Part shown: piece by piece, positions 12,587 to 26,245 of the stretch
Layout of the letters: each line of letters begins with the position of its first letter
Numbering within the stretch: position 1 is the first letter of the stretch
From: Botryllus schlosseri
Lineage: Eukaryota
NCBI GenBank assembly: GCA_051294905.1
Contig: CM119371.1
Span: 23,624,001 to 23,688,000, forward strand
DNA length: 64,000 nucleotides
Direction of reading: 5' to 3'
The notes under the pieces: model-generated
Databases searched by the model: none
What the model saw: the letters and a program-made list of their open reading frames with translations, nothing else
Told to the model about the DNA's origin: nothing
Program-made: the position numbers and the translations under genes

Positions 12587-15500
12587 CGATAACTCTGCCA
12601 ATATCCTAAGCCGATCACTTTTTAGTGATATTATATAATTGATGTGTAGGACAGCTTATGTACCAGGTATAATTTTCTCCGCAGATATGGTATAAAACAT
12701 TTCCTTTATCATCAGACTAATTATTTTTGGTAATGTTCTTCGACTTACTCATTGGTCAAGTGTTACGTATAGGCCTACATGTAATTATCATACGTATTCT
12801 ATGTAAGAATACAATGTTATGATTGCTCAAAATACTTTTTAAGAAACATGTAGCAACAACTGCGGACGACTTGCACTACTATAGTCATGTGTATAACATG
12901 GAATGAATGAAACCTTCGACATCGTCGTCAGCTGAGCAGTTAGAACACGCGGTAATAATCGCTCAAATCGGCTGGATGTTCTGATGACAGCAATCGCACG
13001 CCAAACAAATGCTGCAGTACTGGTCACAGATATATTCTGGTCCATTTAAGACAGGGATCTGGAACAATTTACGTCAAAAGAGCCATACTGACCCTATATA
13101 GTTTCAATTGTAATTCCCAAAAACCCATGTAACGATTCGATTAACGAGGACGTTTGTGACGCCATCATAAAAGACAACAAAAACGAATGAAAATATTGTA
13201 AAACTGACTTATGCCATGCTAATATAGCAGGCAAATGGAAGAATCTCAAATAATGTCTATGTTGACTATATATATGAACGCATTGAAAAGGAATATTAGG
13301 AATATTTTAAATTTATAAATGACAGTTAAGCTGTTTTGATGACACCTGACCAATTTGCCATCGTAGCTGTGCGCGTGCGTGCGTGCAAAGAAAAACGTGT
13401 GTCACGCACAAAAAAAAATCAACCGGTGGTCCGAAAAATATTATCACTATGGCACTGATGATCATCAGACCAAATTGACGACCATTATAGATGTACAAAT
13501 GTACATCACTAATTTGTAATCCGTACTTCGTAATCAGACGAAGCGACACTATCTCTTTTTGTAGAAATGTATTAGAATGCGATAAAAAAATCGAGTCCTT
13601 GGCCCGCTGCGAACGTCAGCACCGCACTCTTTTTACTGTCTGGTGTCCGACATAAACATAAGGCCGTGACACATTTGTACCAGGGTTACATGTGCATCCT
13701 TGTTGTCTGACCCCTAAGAAACACATAATATTTCAAAGCTGACACATATGAATCATATATGATATATGATCCAATCGTGCTCTTGATCTTGCATCAATTC
13801 AATGTTTCTGTATTATTCTCAATATTTGTATAATTCACGAAGACTGACTGAGTGTGCAATTGTTACTGCTTCTACGACGTCGGCATTTTGGAGAATGCCA
13901 CAATTTAGGATTATTTTTAGCTACCAATAGGCATCTGCCATTTCCTTGAGTTGTAAATCGGGATTCCTAACTCCTCCAGTAATCCATGGTAACAGTATCA
14001 CGGCAATGCCAGTATCACGGCAATACAAAAAGCTACCGAAAGTAGTAGGTCTACTAAGAAAAGGCTTGTTCTCCTGATTGAAAGTTAGATAGTATCTCTA
14101 CCTTGCCAAGTAATCTTTTCTCACTTCGCGAGGATGTCAAAAATCCCGAAGATTTCTATTCCAAGTTGCAAAGCCGATGTCAGATCAATAACTTGTGTTT
14201 ATAAACTACTCTACGTTCTGAATCATCTTCGATTTCAAAATCTTCATCGTTCGCCTGCTATCCCTAAGATCTTCATTTTGATCCAAATTATCGAGCGTTA
14301 GGAGTTTCAAGTTACACTGGATAACCGGAATTGGGCATTGAACCTATCGCTGATAGTAAATGATATGTTTATTTGTCTTGCCATATCCTGCAGTTTGCAT
14401 CAGATATGTGTGTAAAATATCCTCGGATGATTGCATCCTCAACCAAAAATGATTGAAAGCATCTGCCTTGGTCGACACCAGTACCTGTCTTCTTGATAAT
14501 TAAATTGAGCCCTTGCCCATTTACCTTATTATTTTCTAAAAGTGTGGATTGAAGATGGCATCTAAAAGTAATATGGCTAAATTCCTGGAAATTTACATAT
14601 TTTGGCGAAGTATTTTTCTTTTGACAGGATGTCGCGTGGTCCCAAAGGTTGAAAACCACTGTAATAAACCATAATCAGCAAGGACATGGCCGAAGTTTCC
14701 TCGCGATTTATAAAATCTGAACACCCCTAATTGGCGTCACCGTTATTCGAGTTCAATATTCGACAATATCAAATATATATATCGTTCATGGAATTCTCCC
14801 GGTCTATATTGCGCATGAATTCGTTTTGCAGTGTTACGATCAGGGCTTTGGAGCCGGAGCCCGGAGCCGGAGCCCCGGAGCCATGCATTTTTACCGGAGC
14901 TGGAGCCGGAGCTCTATATAAAATTCAGCCGGAGCCGGAGCTAGTTATTTGAGGGGTAGCTCCGGCTCCGACGTGTTTCATATGATGCTATTATATATGC
15001 AACAATCATATCTGCTGAGTTCACATAATTCAACAGCAGGCCTTCGCGAAATTAAGAATATTTTCCGCTTTGGCGCTACCTTATCCAACTAACCATAATC
15101 CAGGGGATTTAACAGCAGAGCAGTCATATGTTCAATTTTCAATTTTCATACATGAATGCTGAACCTCGGTATGCTAGATATGCCTGTGAATATTGTGGGT
15201 ATTCGGCATGCCCGCAATTTCATCATCGGCACAACCTTGTTGGCCAATAGTACGGTTCGAAAATAATGATCACCATGTATTACGCGAAATTGGAGAGAGG
15301 ATAAAAACGTGATTTCGCCGCACAATGCACATGACGATATGACGAGCAAAAGCCGAGAAATTCCATCTCATTGTTGCTATCAATCGGATGAGCAAATACT
15401 CGTTCTTTCTTGATAGTTCGTTAATCGGGCCGCGAAATTGGACAGTGTTAGTGAGTATGCAATTATGCATGCGAATTGGAATTCCTTACTGCGCATGATC

Positions 15501-16270
15501 GTCATTCACTCGAGTAAGGATTTTCGAGCGTGAATAGGGGATGACAGAAGAGTAACCCAAAACGCCGTTACACTCAGCGAACAATTGTCGCGGTGCGAGC
15601 TACTCAATGCGATGTCAGCAGGACCCCAGGGTATTTATGTTGGAGACAAATTACTGATTTGATACGCGATTTCCAATTTGTAATCATCTGTTTCGTAAAT
15701 TCATTCTTGATGTCTGCTTGATACTCTAGTATTCCCGGATTATCGCTCACTGTGACTTGTAAATGTGCAATGTGCATACTGCATAGTTTAATTCGTTATG
15801 GGCATGGTGCAATGTGCGTGGCACGGTGTTTAATTCGATTATTCGATTCGTTTCAATGGGAAAATATTATATTCCGATAAACTTGATCGACACCCGGTGG
15901 ACTGGTAACGAGTGCACCAATATCGAACGTCAAACCATTGGCCATTTGGTAGAAATCGAATTTTTATTGATGAGGTCGTGATCTCCGCCCATATTGCTCT
16001 TACTACAGTTACAGTTCAATAATAATCGCTTATTCAAAGATTGAATTGAGCTGTATGGCTTAATGTTAACGAGTGCAGTGCCAGTGTTAAAACGCCGCAT
16101 CAGAATTTTCATACCGTACACAGCAATGGCATGAAGTAAAGTGAGTTCTGGAGCAACTATGATGTTATCGACAATTGACAAGTATTCATTATGACGTCAC
16201 AAGCCGACACGGCGGCACCTATGTCTTCGTTGCTGCATCCGATGTTACTGACGGCTGACAGACTCTAGAT

Positions 16271-17528
16271 CAGTGGTTCTCAACCTTTTTCATCTCGCGG
16301 ACCGGCAAAATTTCAAAAAATGTCTGGCGGACCGGTGAACTTTCAAAATTTAAATGAAGCCAAAATGTAAAGTATGCAACCGTTTTTTGCAATTATATGG
16401 TGTTAGAGAGCGACATTAAGAGGGTTTTGATCGTAATTAATTATCTTCATGATGGCATACATGTGATTTTATGGTAGTCAGTCTGCTGAGTTGAGGTAGT
16501 ATTGCCTCGTCCAGATAAACGTGCTACCGCCGTGAGTCGTTTACAGTCTTTCGCGCCAAAGTTCGTGGGTTTAACCGACCACATCAACTCGAATAATATT
16601 TTTTTTTCTTTGACAACATCGAGTTAAGAAGCGTTTCGGAGTCAAACCAAGCACCTTCTCGTGCCACCTTTGCTCATTAACCACTGCGACCGAACGCATA
16701 GGCTACTCTGCCAACTACGAATACGATGCGCGCCGGAAGAAAATACCTCCCTGTACATGCAATCCCCGCCGAAAAAGCACTTCGTCGGCCCACGCCCCAA
16801 AACGTTGGCCTTGGGCCCATAAGGCGCCAATGGCGAGAATTTTCGATCATTCATGACTGAATCGGTTTTCTCGCTGCCAAATTTTCGGCACGCGTTTCAG
16901 GAGTCCCATGTTAGCCTAAACATGATTATGTGTTGGTACGTCGTGGAGCGGTAATTGCTGACGCCGAAATGCCTATTTCGATTTATCATGCGTATTTTTC
17001 GGAGACGGGCACCGAATAAGCAAGACATTTAGTGACAATAAATCGCGTTAAGTGCGAAAAGAAAATGGCAAATGTTGGGAAAAGTTTTTTTAAAAGTACG
17101 CTATCATTTATGTTCATTTGCAAAATAATTTTGGGCTCTTCTTAAGCTCGGCCCCTCTCCAACTGGGCGGTTTGGGGTGCCCCAGTTACGGTCCTGAACA
17201 GAATGAATGAACTAAAAACGAATTATCGCGCAAACTGCGCTGTTTAGCGATGAGTCAGCTCGTATCTGTTCTGTACTTGTCGCTCGCATGTCGTCAAATG
17301 ACACGTCTTGAACTTAATAAGTCCAATCGAACATGCTTTTAGCCATAATGTTACCTCACGAAGTTCTCAATCAGTTTATAATTTGATGTTTTAATCATTT
17401 TATCAATGGACAAGCCTTCAACATTGCATCTTGAACTTGAGGTATAAAATTGTAATATCCCTGGCGGACCGGCAGGAATGACGTCGCGGACCGGCACCGG
17501 TCCGCGGACCGGCGGTTGAGAACCACTG
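16271..17528. mobile_element. hAT MITE, CAGTGGTTCTCAACC family, copy 2
   Basis: Exact TSD CTCTAGAT; uninterrupted empty site present in the paralogous segment near 48115. Confidence 0.95.
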
Positions 17529-17582
17529 CTCTAGATTACTATAGATAACTAACATGCGGGTAAATTAGTAATCTATATAGAC

Positions 17583-18265
17583 CAGGGGTGACCAACTGAC
17601 CAACCGTTTCTGCTAAAGGGCCACATGAAATTGTCGAACGAGTGCGCTGCCCACTAGGCGAGCCAGGCGCTTAAAATTTTCAAAGTTAATATTATTATTA
17701 CTTGGATATATTGCGGGTCAACTGTATACCGCCCGCTGGGCTCTGTTTGCAAGGACAGGACTATTCGGCATCTGGACATATCGATATCGAAGATTTCCGC
17801 TAATATACGACAATCATTTTGTGCCTACATTTCATCGTCGACTATCTTTCTGCGAGCGCAAACGCGAAAAGACATTCTCTCGTAATTGCGTATATAGTTA
17901 GACTCAATCGGCTAAATCAGGCGCTTTTTCATTTTCAGGAGGGGGTAGGCTACAAAGCAAGAAATCGTGTGACATTTAAACACTCGAAACGTGAAGAAAA
18001 ATTTTACTACTCTTCTAGTCTATTGTAATGTACGACGATTTACTCGAAATGTGACTGGAACCTGGATCTGCCAATGCGTCAGAACTGATATTTTAGTCAT
18101 CAACATCCCAAGTGTTGCGGCTAGACTAATCATATTTTTCGTTGACCTTGCATGTTCACAATCTGAGCAATTCAATTTCGATAATATAACAGGATTTCGA
18201 TAATACAATGGGAAATTAGCTCGCGGGCCACATATGGCCCGCAGGCCGCGGGTTGCCCACCCCAG
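17583..18265. mobile_element. CAGGGGTGGCCAACC-family MITE, diverged copy
   Basis: Internal homology to 8259-8980; flanks ATATAGAC and ATATACAC (7/8 match). Confidence 0.85.
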
Positions 18266-20649
18266 ATATACACAGGCACCTTCGATAGTTTACAGATCCG
18301 GAGCCGGAGCTAGAGCCGGAGCAGTGGTAACAATGCGGCTCTGGAGCTGGAGCCGGAGCTAGTGTATGATAGAAGATAGCGCCGGAGCTGGAGCAATGCC
18401 AATTTATGGCTGCTCCAAAGCCCTGGTTACGATGAATCTTATTTGCAAGTTATTGTAATGACATCTTCAATGTTACAAGATTACTATATCGACAGAGCAA
18501 TGCCGTAAGCTGTCTCTAAATGTCACTTGTAGCAGTCGAGATAGAGTGGATAGACGAGAACGAGCGTTGCAATCCAAATACTAATTATTGGTTTCTATCG
18601 CCGGATTACAATGTAGCATCGGGGTTACTGCACTGGTTCCCAGATCCTGTTTTATGAACGGTGCCAGACGCTAGTACAGTGGTCGGGAACCTTTTTTGTC
18701 CGAAGAGCCATATGGCCTTATTTTTTTCCACTTTACCTCCCAAAGAGCCATACATGTCAATCAGCTGTTACGTCACAATTCGAAATTCCTGACGTCATGG
18801 TAGCACTAATTCGAACTCACTACACGGGATTCGTCATGTGCATCACACTTTCTCTGTAAAAACTCGTACTAATCATGCTGGTTGGCTTACTTCAGCATGA
18901 GAAATTTGAGTTACCAGAACGTAGATTCGTCGTGATGTTCCGCGAGAACCCATGATCATTGACCACTTGCCTAGGTGGAGCCAAACATTGTCACTGCAGC
19001 AATCTATATAGGCCTACCACGCACTCTAAGCTGTTAGCGAAAGGTATTTTCTATTGATGTTCGAATGACTATATTTTAAACATTTTCTTCCAAATTCACA
19101 CAATTTGCATTTTATTGTTCGAAAATGAAGCGCGAAACGAGATGTGAGGCACATACGGTCCAGACCTCATCATTGATAACGCAATTCATCATAAATAGCT
19201 TAGAGTTTATTATAACTGATATTAATCCAATGTAACTGTCGCACTGATTCCGAAAATCTAAATACTGATCGACTTCTCAGTTGTCAAAATATTCGGCGGC
19301 AACATTGCGCCACATGCCTATTTTATCGCCGGTAGAGCTATATACTTGCCAATCAAGAACGTGGATAGCTATGGCGTTGTTTGTAATTCGAGTTCGTAAC
19401 ATTTGTAACGGCAGTTCATTTCGCGTAGTCGATCAAAAAGACAATGTGTGTTTGAAAACTGCGTTGTCATATGGGTGCTATTCTCTTTGATTAATCAACG
19501 TTTCGCGCAATCCAAGATTTCGAGTCGGGTAGCGGGGTAGGCTAGATTGAATTCGCGAGTGATACTGGTCGCTGGCGCGACAATAACTTGAATTTGAGGA
19601 TTTTGAAAAGAGTTCGAGCCCCTGAACCTGAAGACCGCTTTACGTTTACCTCTCAAAGACATGTTTATACTGTCACAGGAATGATTATTCTGCCATATAT
19701 GTGAATTGACTATCTGATTTTAATATAGGTACCATCAGAAATTGTGTTGAAAATAAATTTTGGGCTGCTAGAAATCTTATTAGTAGCATGAAGGGTGCGA
19801 TCGCTAAGGCCAAGAAACAATGCTATTACTATGGCTAAAGTTGTTATTGATATTTTCCAATAATAATCGAAGGCAACAGCTAATTCTGAATTAATTTGAC
19901 TTCGGTAATGACAGTAGCAACAGCCTACTTATCACGACTATATCAAAACCCGGCTTAGGCTACACCGCTCAAATGCTCTGATACCAGATCAAATTTCAGT
20001 AGATTTTAAAATACTGGACATAAAACTGTGACACGTCAAAGGTCCACCAACTGCAATATTATAACCCAGAGTTTGACGATGTCATGATGCATCCTATTGC
20101 ATTATCTCTATAACTCATTATTTTAACAAATTATGTCCAGCACAAAAATAATTTCATTGAAATATTCAAAACTGTGATTTTTTTCGTGTCAAACGTCAAT
20201 AATACAATAGTAAATTGCATTCTCGAAATGCCTGTCTGCAAGCTCCCGTCAAATAAGGCCTACATGGAAATTATACATTGAATATCCCTATCTTGCTGTG
20301 TCGTCAAAAATCCTGAAATTGACCTGCCACCACATTTGAATTTGAAGCCTCTGCTCTATATGATGTGACAACATTATGAACAAGGAGAAGTTGAAATATC
20401 GATCTCGTATACGACTTCAAAGAAAATGAATACCGGCTCTACATCATATCAAAGAATGTTTTTTAGATTTAGGATAATTCCTATTTTATTGTACTTCGAG
20501 ACAATACAGTTTTCATTCACACGATTGTGCGTAGCTACGTCCTACATGTGCCGTGTTCTGCGATATGACCAATCGATGTTTTTAGGCCTCGCAGTGGTAC
20601 ATAGAATCGGAATTCTAATTCTTGTTGAGTACAATTTATGTACCCGAAA

Positions 20650-21989
20650 AGATCAGCTGTTTCGACTTATCGTTACTCTATTCAGATTCGTGGCAAGCCC
20701 TAGTTGTAGTAGTACCGTACTAAATAGTATAAATAGCGATTTACAAGACATCAAACTACTTTCAAATGTCGACACGATCAAAATATGGAGACTTGCGGAA
20801 TGTCGTAGTTGTATGCTTTTAAACAGAGATAAGGAAAGCAATCATTTTCAGCACTCAATTAAAAATATTTGTAGCGTCAGTATTCTAGTACAAGTAAGAG
20901 TAACGCAATGTATTTCTACTCGGGTTCAAGCACTCAAGCAGCTATATACACGGCTTATCAAAACTATTTTAAGTAAAGTAGAAGTTCTGGAAAGTACTGA
21001 AGTATGTACTTGAGGTGTTTCAACAATTTAATTTGATTGACGGGTCGCATACTCCGTATCACAACGTCAGAAGCTCCCCGCACTCGAGTAGACATGGTAG
21101 TATCGTCATAAATTCACAAGACATGTCACAATTAATGCATGAGGAAATAGAAATTTCATGTGCTATGTCAGCAGAGTGGCTCTACAAATGATTTGCTGAC
21201 ATTGTTGTATATGTTTCAGGCAAAACAAAGAACAAGAAGAAAACTGTTGTTGCGACCAAGTTTTTTGCGAATACGCGCTCGCGCTCTTAACATGATGCGG
21301 TGCAAATGATCCATTGTTTTATAATATGCAATGTAAATGATTACTTATGATTGCTCCATGCTTTTCCCTGTTTTAGCTGTATTAGTTGTATTAGCATTTG
21401 TACTTTTTCAAAGTCATGTGACACGTTTATTTCTAATTTCATGATGCACTTCAATTGAAATGTTTGTAATGGTATTTTAAAATTGACTTAGAACTTGCTG
21501 TTATATACAAAATCCCACTGACACATTTATTCGTAGTGATTTCCTGATCGATTTTTCACGTAAGCCTGAACTTTTTTAACAAGTAATAGTTCATTAGTTA
21601 ATGTTGTACTTGTATTTTGCAATTGTCGTTTTTCAGTAAGCCAATATAAACAGTTCGTTAGTTTATATGATGTTGAATTCCATTTAATTGCACCAGGTCT
21701 GAAGGGGAGTCCTGATATGATAATCCTGAGGAATAGAACAGGTGGTAAATGACATATCCATAGGGAGTCACGTCACGTCCACAGTAGGTCTGACGCATCC
21801 ATAGGGAGTCACGTCACGTTCACAGCAGGTCCAATGAGTCCATATGGAGTCACTTCACGTCCATTGTAGACGAACTCAGGAAGTGTTTAGGACGCTTCTA
21901 GTAGTCGACAAATCCACTCCAGGGAAGTAACGCTGGGCGCCCTGCGGCTATTCCGCAGGAAGTCAACTGGAAATCGAGTGTTTGCTGGG
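20650..21989. mobile_element. Remnant of a CMC/EnSpm-like element; right end CCCAGCAAACAC on the minus strand, left boundary unresolved
   Basis: GTGTTTGCTGGG terminus at 21978-21989 coincides exactly with the loss of Gypsy pol homology. Subterminal ACGT-containing 41-bp repeats are present. A decayed plus-strand peptide STNDLLTLLY/VSGKTKNKKKTVVATKF resembles DUF4806-type accessory ORFs. Confidence 0.4.
21756..21863. repeat. 41-bp tandem repeat, about 2.6 units (CCATAGGGAGTCACGTCACGT core)
   Basis: Core starts at 21758, 21799 and 21840. Confidence 0.9.
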
Positions 21990-24713
21990 ATGATATTCGG
22001 TAAATAGTTTCCTACGCAACGACATGGGCATAACAATTTGAAAAGTTGAATCACAGCCGGGATTAACTTGCAAATATTCACGATACAAAACACCATTACG
22101 CAAAGATAAAAACTTCCAATGAGAACACAAGACTCTGACCATGTGAGAATGCAGTAGCAACTCTTCGGAAGAAGGTTTACCACTGGCAGATTCCTTCAAT
22201 GATATTACCGTCCCAATGTCCGAGTCGACCATCTGCAAATCGCGCAACTCTTCATTGGACAAAGTATGCAACCAGTTAGGCGCAGGCGAAGGTCGATCAA
22301 CAGAGTTTGTAACGGAGTCGGTGCCCGCACTAACGGGAGCAACAATTGCATGACAAACAGAATCATGTTCATTACAGTTCAGACATTCTGCACGGCTACA
22401 CTTCCTTCTGTAACGCCGAGACAACCCATCAGCATTTCCATGCTCTTTTCCTTCTCGATGCTCAACATCATATTCAAAGCTACTCAGGTACGTTATCCAT
22501 CGAGCAACAACCCCGCTCGGGTCTTTGAAATTTAGAAGCCAACGCAACGAGGAATGGTCAGTACGTAACACAAATTTCCTCCCATATAGATAGTGGCGAA
22601 AATGCTCCATCGCCCACCGAACAGCGAATAGCTCTCTGTATGTCGCGCAATAGTTCTTCTGCTCCTTGCTTAACGCTTTACTGGCATATCCAATCACTTT
22701 CTCTTCACCATCTTGCAATTGAGACAACACGGCTCCGGCAGCAAACCCGCTGCAATCAGTGTCCAAAATAAACGTACCACCATCCCGTTGAGGATATGAT
22801 AAAATCGGAGTCGAGGTAAGGACTTTTTTCAACTCATCAAAAGCAGCCTGACATTTGTCCGTCCAAGTGAACTTCACACCTTTTCTCATCAGGTCCGTCA
22901 ATGGACTGGCAATAGAAGCGAATGAAGGAACAAATTTACGATAATATGTTGCGGTCCCAAGGAAGCTTTGCAACTCCTTCAGTTTTGTAGGGACTGGCCA
23001 GTCTCGTACCACAGCAGTCTTATTTTCGTCACACTTTACACCATCAGCTGATATAACATGACCCAAGTATTCGACTTGGCGACGAAACAGTTTACATTTC
23101 TTCGGCTTGAACTTCATCCCAGCACGACGTATCCGTGAAAAGACGCCACGGAGATTTTCCAATTCACAATCAAAATCATTACTATAAACCATTACATCGT
23201 CCACAAAAACAAGTGTAGTTTTCCACAAAACGTCTCGAAGAATATTCTCCATCAAGCGTTCGAAAAGGGCCGGAGAATTTGACATACCCATAGGCAGAAC
23301 TTTGAATTGATAGTGATTTCGACCAGGCAAGGAAAACGCGGTTTTATAGCGATCTGCTTCCTCTATTTCCACTTGAAAAAATCCACTATCCAAGTCTAAA
23401 CAACTGAACCAAGATGCTCCACCCAATGAATCCAGTATATCGTCAATCCTGGGCAGGCTGTACGCATCCTTCACAGTAACAGAGTTCAGTTGGCGATAGT
23501 CCAAAACGAGGCGATGTGAAACACCATCCTTCTTGGGTGTCAAAATCAATGGGGCATTATAAGGAGAATTCGATTCTTCAATCACATCTTGCTCAAGCAA
23601 TTTGTCAATTTCTTTGTTTGCAGCGTCCCACTTCGCCCAGCCAAGCCTACGAGGAGGTATTTTCACAGGTTCCAATTTAGTAGTCTGGATGCGGTGCTTA
23701 ATGGCATCAGTTCGACCAAGCTTTCCACCTGGTACCGTAAATACATCTTGAAACTCACGTAACAGTTCTTCAACTTTTACCCTCTGATCGACAGTTATAT
23801 CCTCAATATCATCAAGCATGGCCTGCAATGACCCAGGTAACGGTGTAAGTACTCCACCAGAACTCTCCTCGAAAACCTCTGTAGGTATGGATTCTTCATT
23901 CACGTTTTTCATCATTTTCTCATCGCCAGTAATTGAAGAGACCATTTGCACGGAACCACTATCATCGGGACGCATCAGGGCAATCAAGCAGGAGTCAGGA
24001 ATAACAACATCCTCTTCTGATAAATTCGCCAATAACAATGGCACTTTTGCGCAATCCGGGTTCACAATACCAGAAGAAAGAAACACACCTCGAGCACCAA
24101 ATTCAGAAACAAAAGAGCCAACTGGGTCAACCACAGCTGTCGCATTACAGTCATTTTCAGTCCAAGGACAAAAAATACTGCCCCAAATCAATTTCTCACT
24201 CCTTTTCGGTATCACGTATGATTGTTGAGTACTAATACGACAACATACAATCTTTCGATTGGGCTTAACAATGGGCACCATTTTGCCAGCAACACTTATA
24301 CACTCGTCTCTCGCGTACAATACTACATCAAAATCACGAAGAGCATCAAGGCCCAAAATACCAACAGGAGTGCCGAGTTTAGCAACGTTAACAGCCATTT
24401 CTTTACACACATCATTAATACAAAGCTTCAAGCACAATCTACCAACAACGTCTAGCTTGTAGCCATTTGCCACAGTAAAGTCCCTCGTAATGGGCTCCAA
24501 CATATTCCAAGAATAACCCAAAATATCAAAAAGTTCGACGCTAATAAACGTTTCGGGACTACCACTATCAATCAAAAACTGGAAAAAATAACCATCAACA
24601 CCGATACTCGCATACCAGTTTACCTTTAAATCAAGCGCACAAATCAACTTCTCCAAGTCAGGGGCATACCAGTCAGGTGCCAATTGTTGGTCACCTATCG
24701 TCTCTCTAAAAAA
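21990..24713 (-). CDS. pol: Ty3/Gypsy Pol (aspartic protease, RT, RNase H), truncated at the start of the integrase zinc-binding domain
   Basis: Motifs LIDSGS (protease), LDLDSGFFQ, LPMGMSNSP and VFVDD (RT), LDTDCSGFAAG, YRELFA and RTDHSSL (RNase H), ending at LFTEYH. Frame is open and -1 relative to gag. Confidence 0.95.
24675..24713 (-). promoter_or_regulatory. -1 programmed ribosomal frameshift signal (U UUU UUA plus stem-loop)
   Basis: gag codons GAT TTT TTA place the heptamer at 24707-24713 in the correct phase. Hairpin AGGUG-A-CCAA/CAA/UUGG-CACCU (24675-24696) lies 10 nt downstream. Confidence 0.8.
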
Positions 24714-26245
24714 TCCTTCGGAGCAGTAGGCTGTTCGGTAAAGGTGTTCCTTTGACCAATCCCGTCATTCATATTATCGTTTGGAAGTAGTTCCCTGCAT
24801 TCATCCTCCCAGTGTCCATTATTCCTACATCGAGCACATACAGGCACACGGCAGAACTTTGCGGAGTGACCATACATTCCACAATGGTTACAATTCCCTT
24901 GAAACCGTCTTCTGTGACCGTAGCTGTCTTGCCTACGCGCTGTAGAAAATTTCAATTCCTCCATCTCCTTTGAAAACATATTCTTCAGTTGCCTCATTTC
25001 ATTTTCGTCGGCTACCATCTTTGTAAACTCAGGTTTTCCACCAGAAGTACAACCGTCACTGCATGTCTTGCCTGTCGCAATCGGGGCAATCATGGGTTTA
25101 CGTAGTACTGAGGACTTTGAAGTTTTAAGAACATCCAATACATCTGTTGCTCGGTCGACCAGGTCCCATAGCGATGCTTCTTTGTTTTCAATCGACAAGG
25201 CCAAGGCAACGCTTGCATCTCCATACCCCGTAGCAAATTGTCTTTTAGTCAAACTCTCGACTTCCATTTGGTCACGCCCAGGAAACGCCTTCCTCGCCAA
25301 CTTCTGTAGTGCGATAGCGAAATCAGCAGGAGACTCCTGAAGGTTTTTCTCACGAGCATAAAACTCACGAACATAGTCCTTCTCATGGGTTGATTTACCC
25401 AATCGTTTCTTCAGATGCGACACCAACTTGTCATAATCGCGACGATCTTCTTCTTGTAGTTCTAAAGCCAATTTCTGAGCATGGCCTTCGAGGCATACCT
25501 CTAATTGCAATGCAGCGATGCCTCTATCCCAATCATGTAGTAATACCATGGCCTTGAAATGTTGCAAGTAATCTTCAAAAGGTTCTTTACCATCACCACT
25601 GAAGTGTCTCGGTGAGGTCACACCGATCGAGTGGACAGCCAAACCATTACACTGACGAGGTGTGCTTGCCCAAGCAGACTTCCCAAAATTGCTAAACTCG
25701 GGTACCGGTACCATACCAGATGCTGAATATACTTGCTGTTTTGAAGATCTCTTCTGTTCCACTCTCACATCATTCTCTGGTCTCGGAGCACACAAGGAAG
25801 ATGAATCGACCGACTCATGTTCAGTATTTATCATTTCCTTCTTTGCAATGACCATATGAGCATTCAACAAGTCCAAAATTTGCTGGCTTTGTCCATGCAG
25901 AGCGTTCATTTCATCACGGAATTCCTCTTGATTTCCACGCATAATACGCAATTCCTGGCGCAGTTCATTGTTCTCCTCACGCAGAACATGCAATTCATGG
26001 CTCATGCGCTGGTTTTGACTGCACATCTGATTCTGATTTTCAAGCAAAGTGTTCATTTCCTGGCGCAGAATCTTCACCTCTTTCCCCGATTCAACTGCTA
26101 CGATTCTTGAACTCTCTGCATCATTTTGGACTTTTGCAAAAGTTCTCAATAACATAGTACCAGTATCAATTTCTTCGTTCTCGCCGCCTACTGCAAACGG
26201 TTCATCTCTCTCATATTCAGAGTCAAGTCCTGGCGTGCTCGCCAT
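24695..26245 (-). CDS. gag: Ty3/Gypsy Gag (coiled coil, capsid-like domain, two CCHC zinc knuckles)
   Basis: 516-aa ORF with FSGDGKEPFEDYLQHF, QESPADFAIALQKLARKAFP, CNHCGMYGHSAKFC and CARCRNNGHWEDEC. Confidence 0.95.
   Translation of the reverse strand: MASTPGLDSEYERDEPFAVGGENEEIDTGTMLLRTFAKVQNDAESSRIVAVESGKEVKILRQEMNTLLENQNQMCSQNQRMSHELHVLREENNELRQELRIMRGNQEEFRDEMNALHGQSQQILDLLNAHMVIAKKEMINTEHESVDSSSLCAPRPENDVRVEQKRSSKQQVYSASGMVPVPEFSNFGKSAWASTPRQCNGLAVHSIGVTSPRHFSGDGKEPFEDYLQHFKAMVLLHDWDRGIAALQLEVCLEGHAQKLALELQEEDRRDYDKLVSHLKKRLGKSTHEKDYVREFYAREKNLQESPADFAIALQKLARKAFPGRDQMEVESLTKRQFATGYGDASVALALSIENKEASLWDLVDRATDVLDVLKTSKSSVLRKPMIAPIATGKTCSDGCTSGGKPEFTKMVADENEMRQLKNMFSKEMEELKFSTARRQDSYGHRRRFQGNCNHCGMYGHSAKFCRVPVCARCRNNGHWEDECRELLPNDNMNDGIGQRNTFTEQPTAPKDFLERR

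Larger units (their letters stand above)
14841..18425. mobile_element. hAT-type element with GGAGCCGGAGC subterminal arrays, hosting two nested MITEs
   Basis: TIR CAGGGCTTTGGAGC / GCTCCAAAGCCCTG; exact TSD GTTACGAT. Confidence 0.93.

Noticed and set aside
20426..21013. 195-aa ORF as an intact host gene
   Set aside because: No recognisable domain over its length; it probably reads through an intron-like stretch of a decayed transposon ORF.
21756..21863. 41-bp periodic repeat as a CRISPR array
   Set aside because: The intervening sequences are similar to each other (tandem repeat), there are no cas genes, and the context is eukaryotic.
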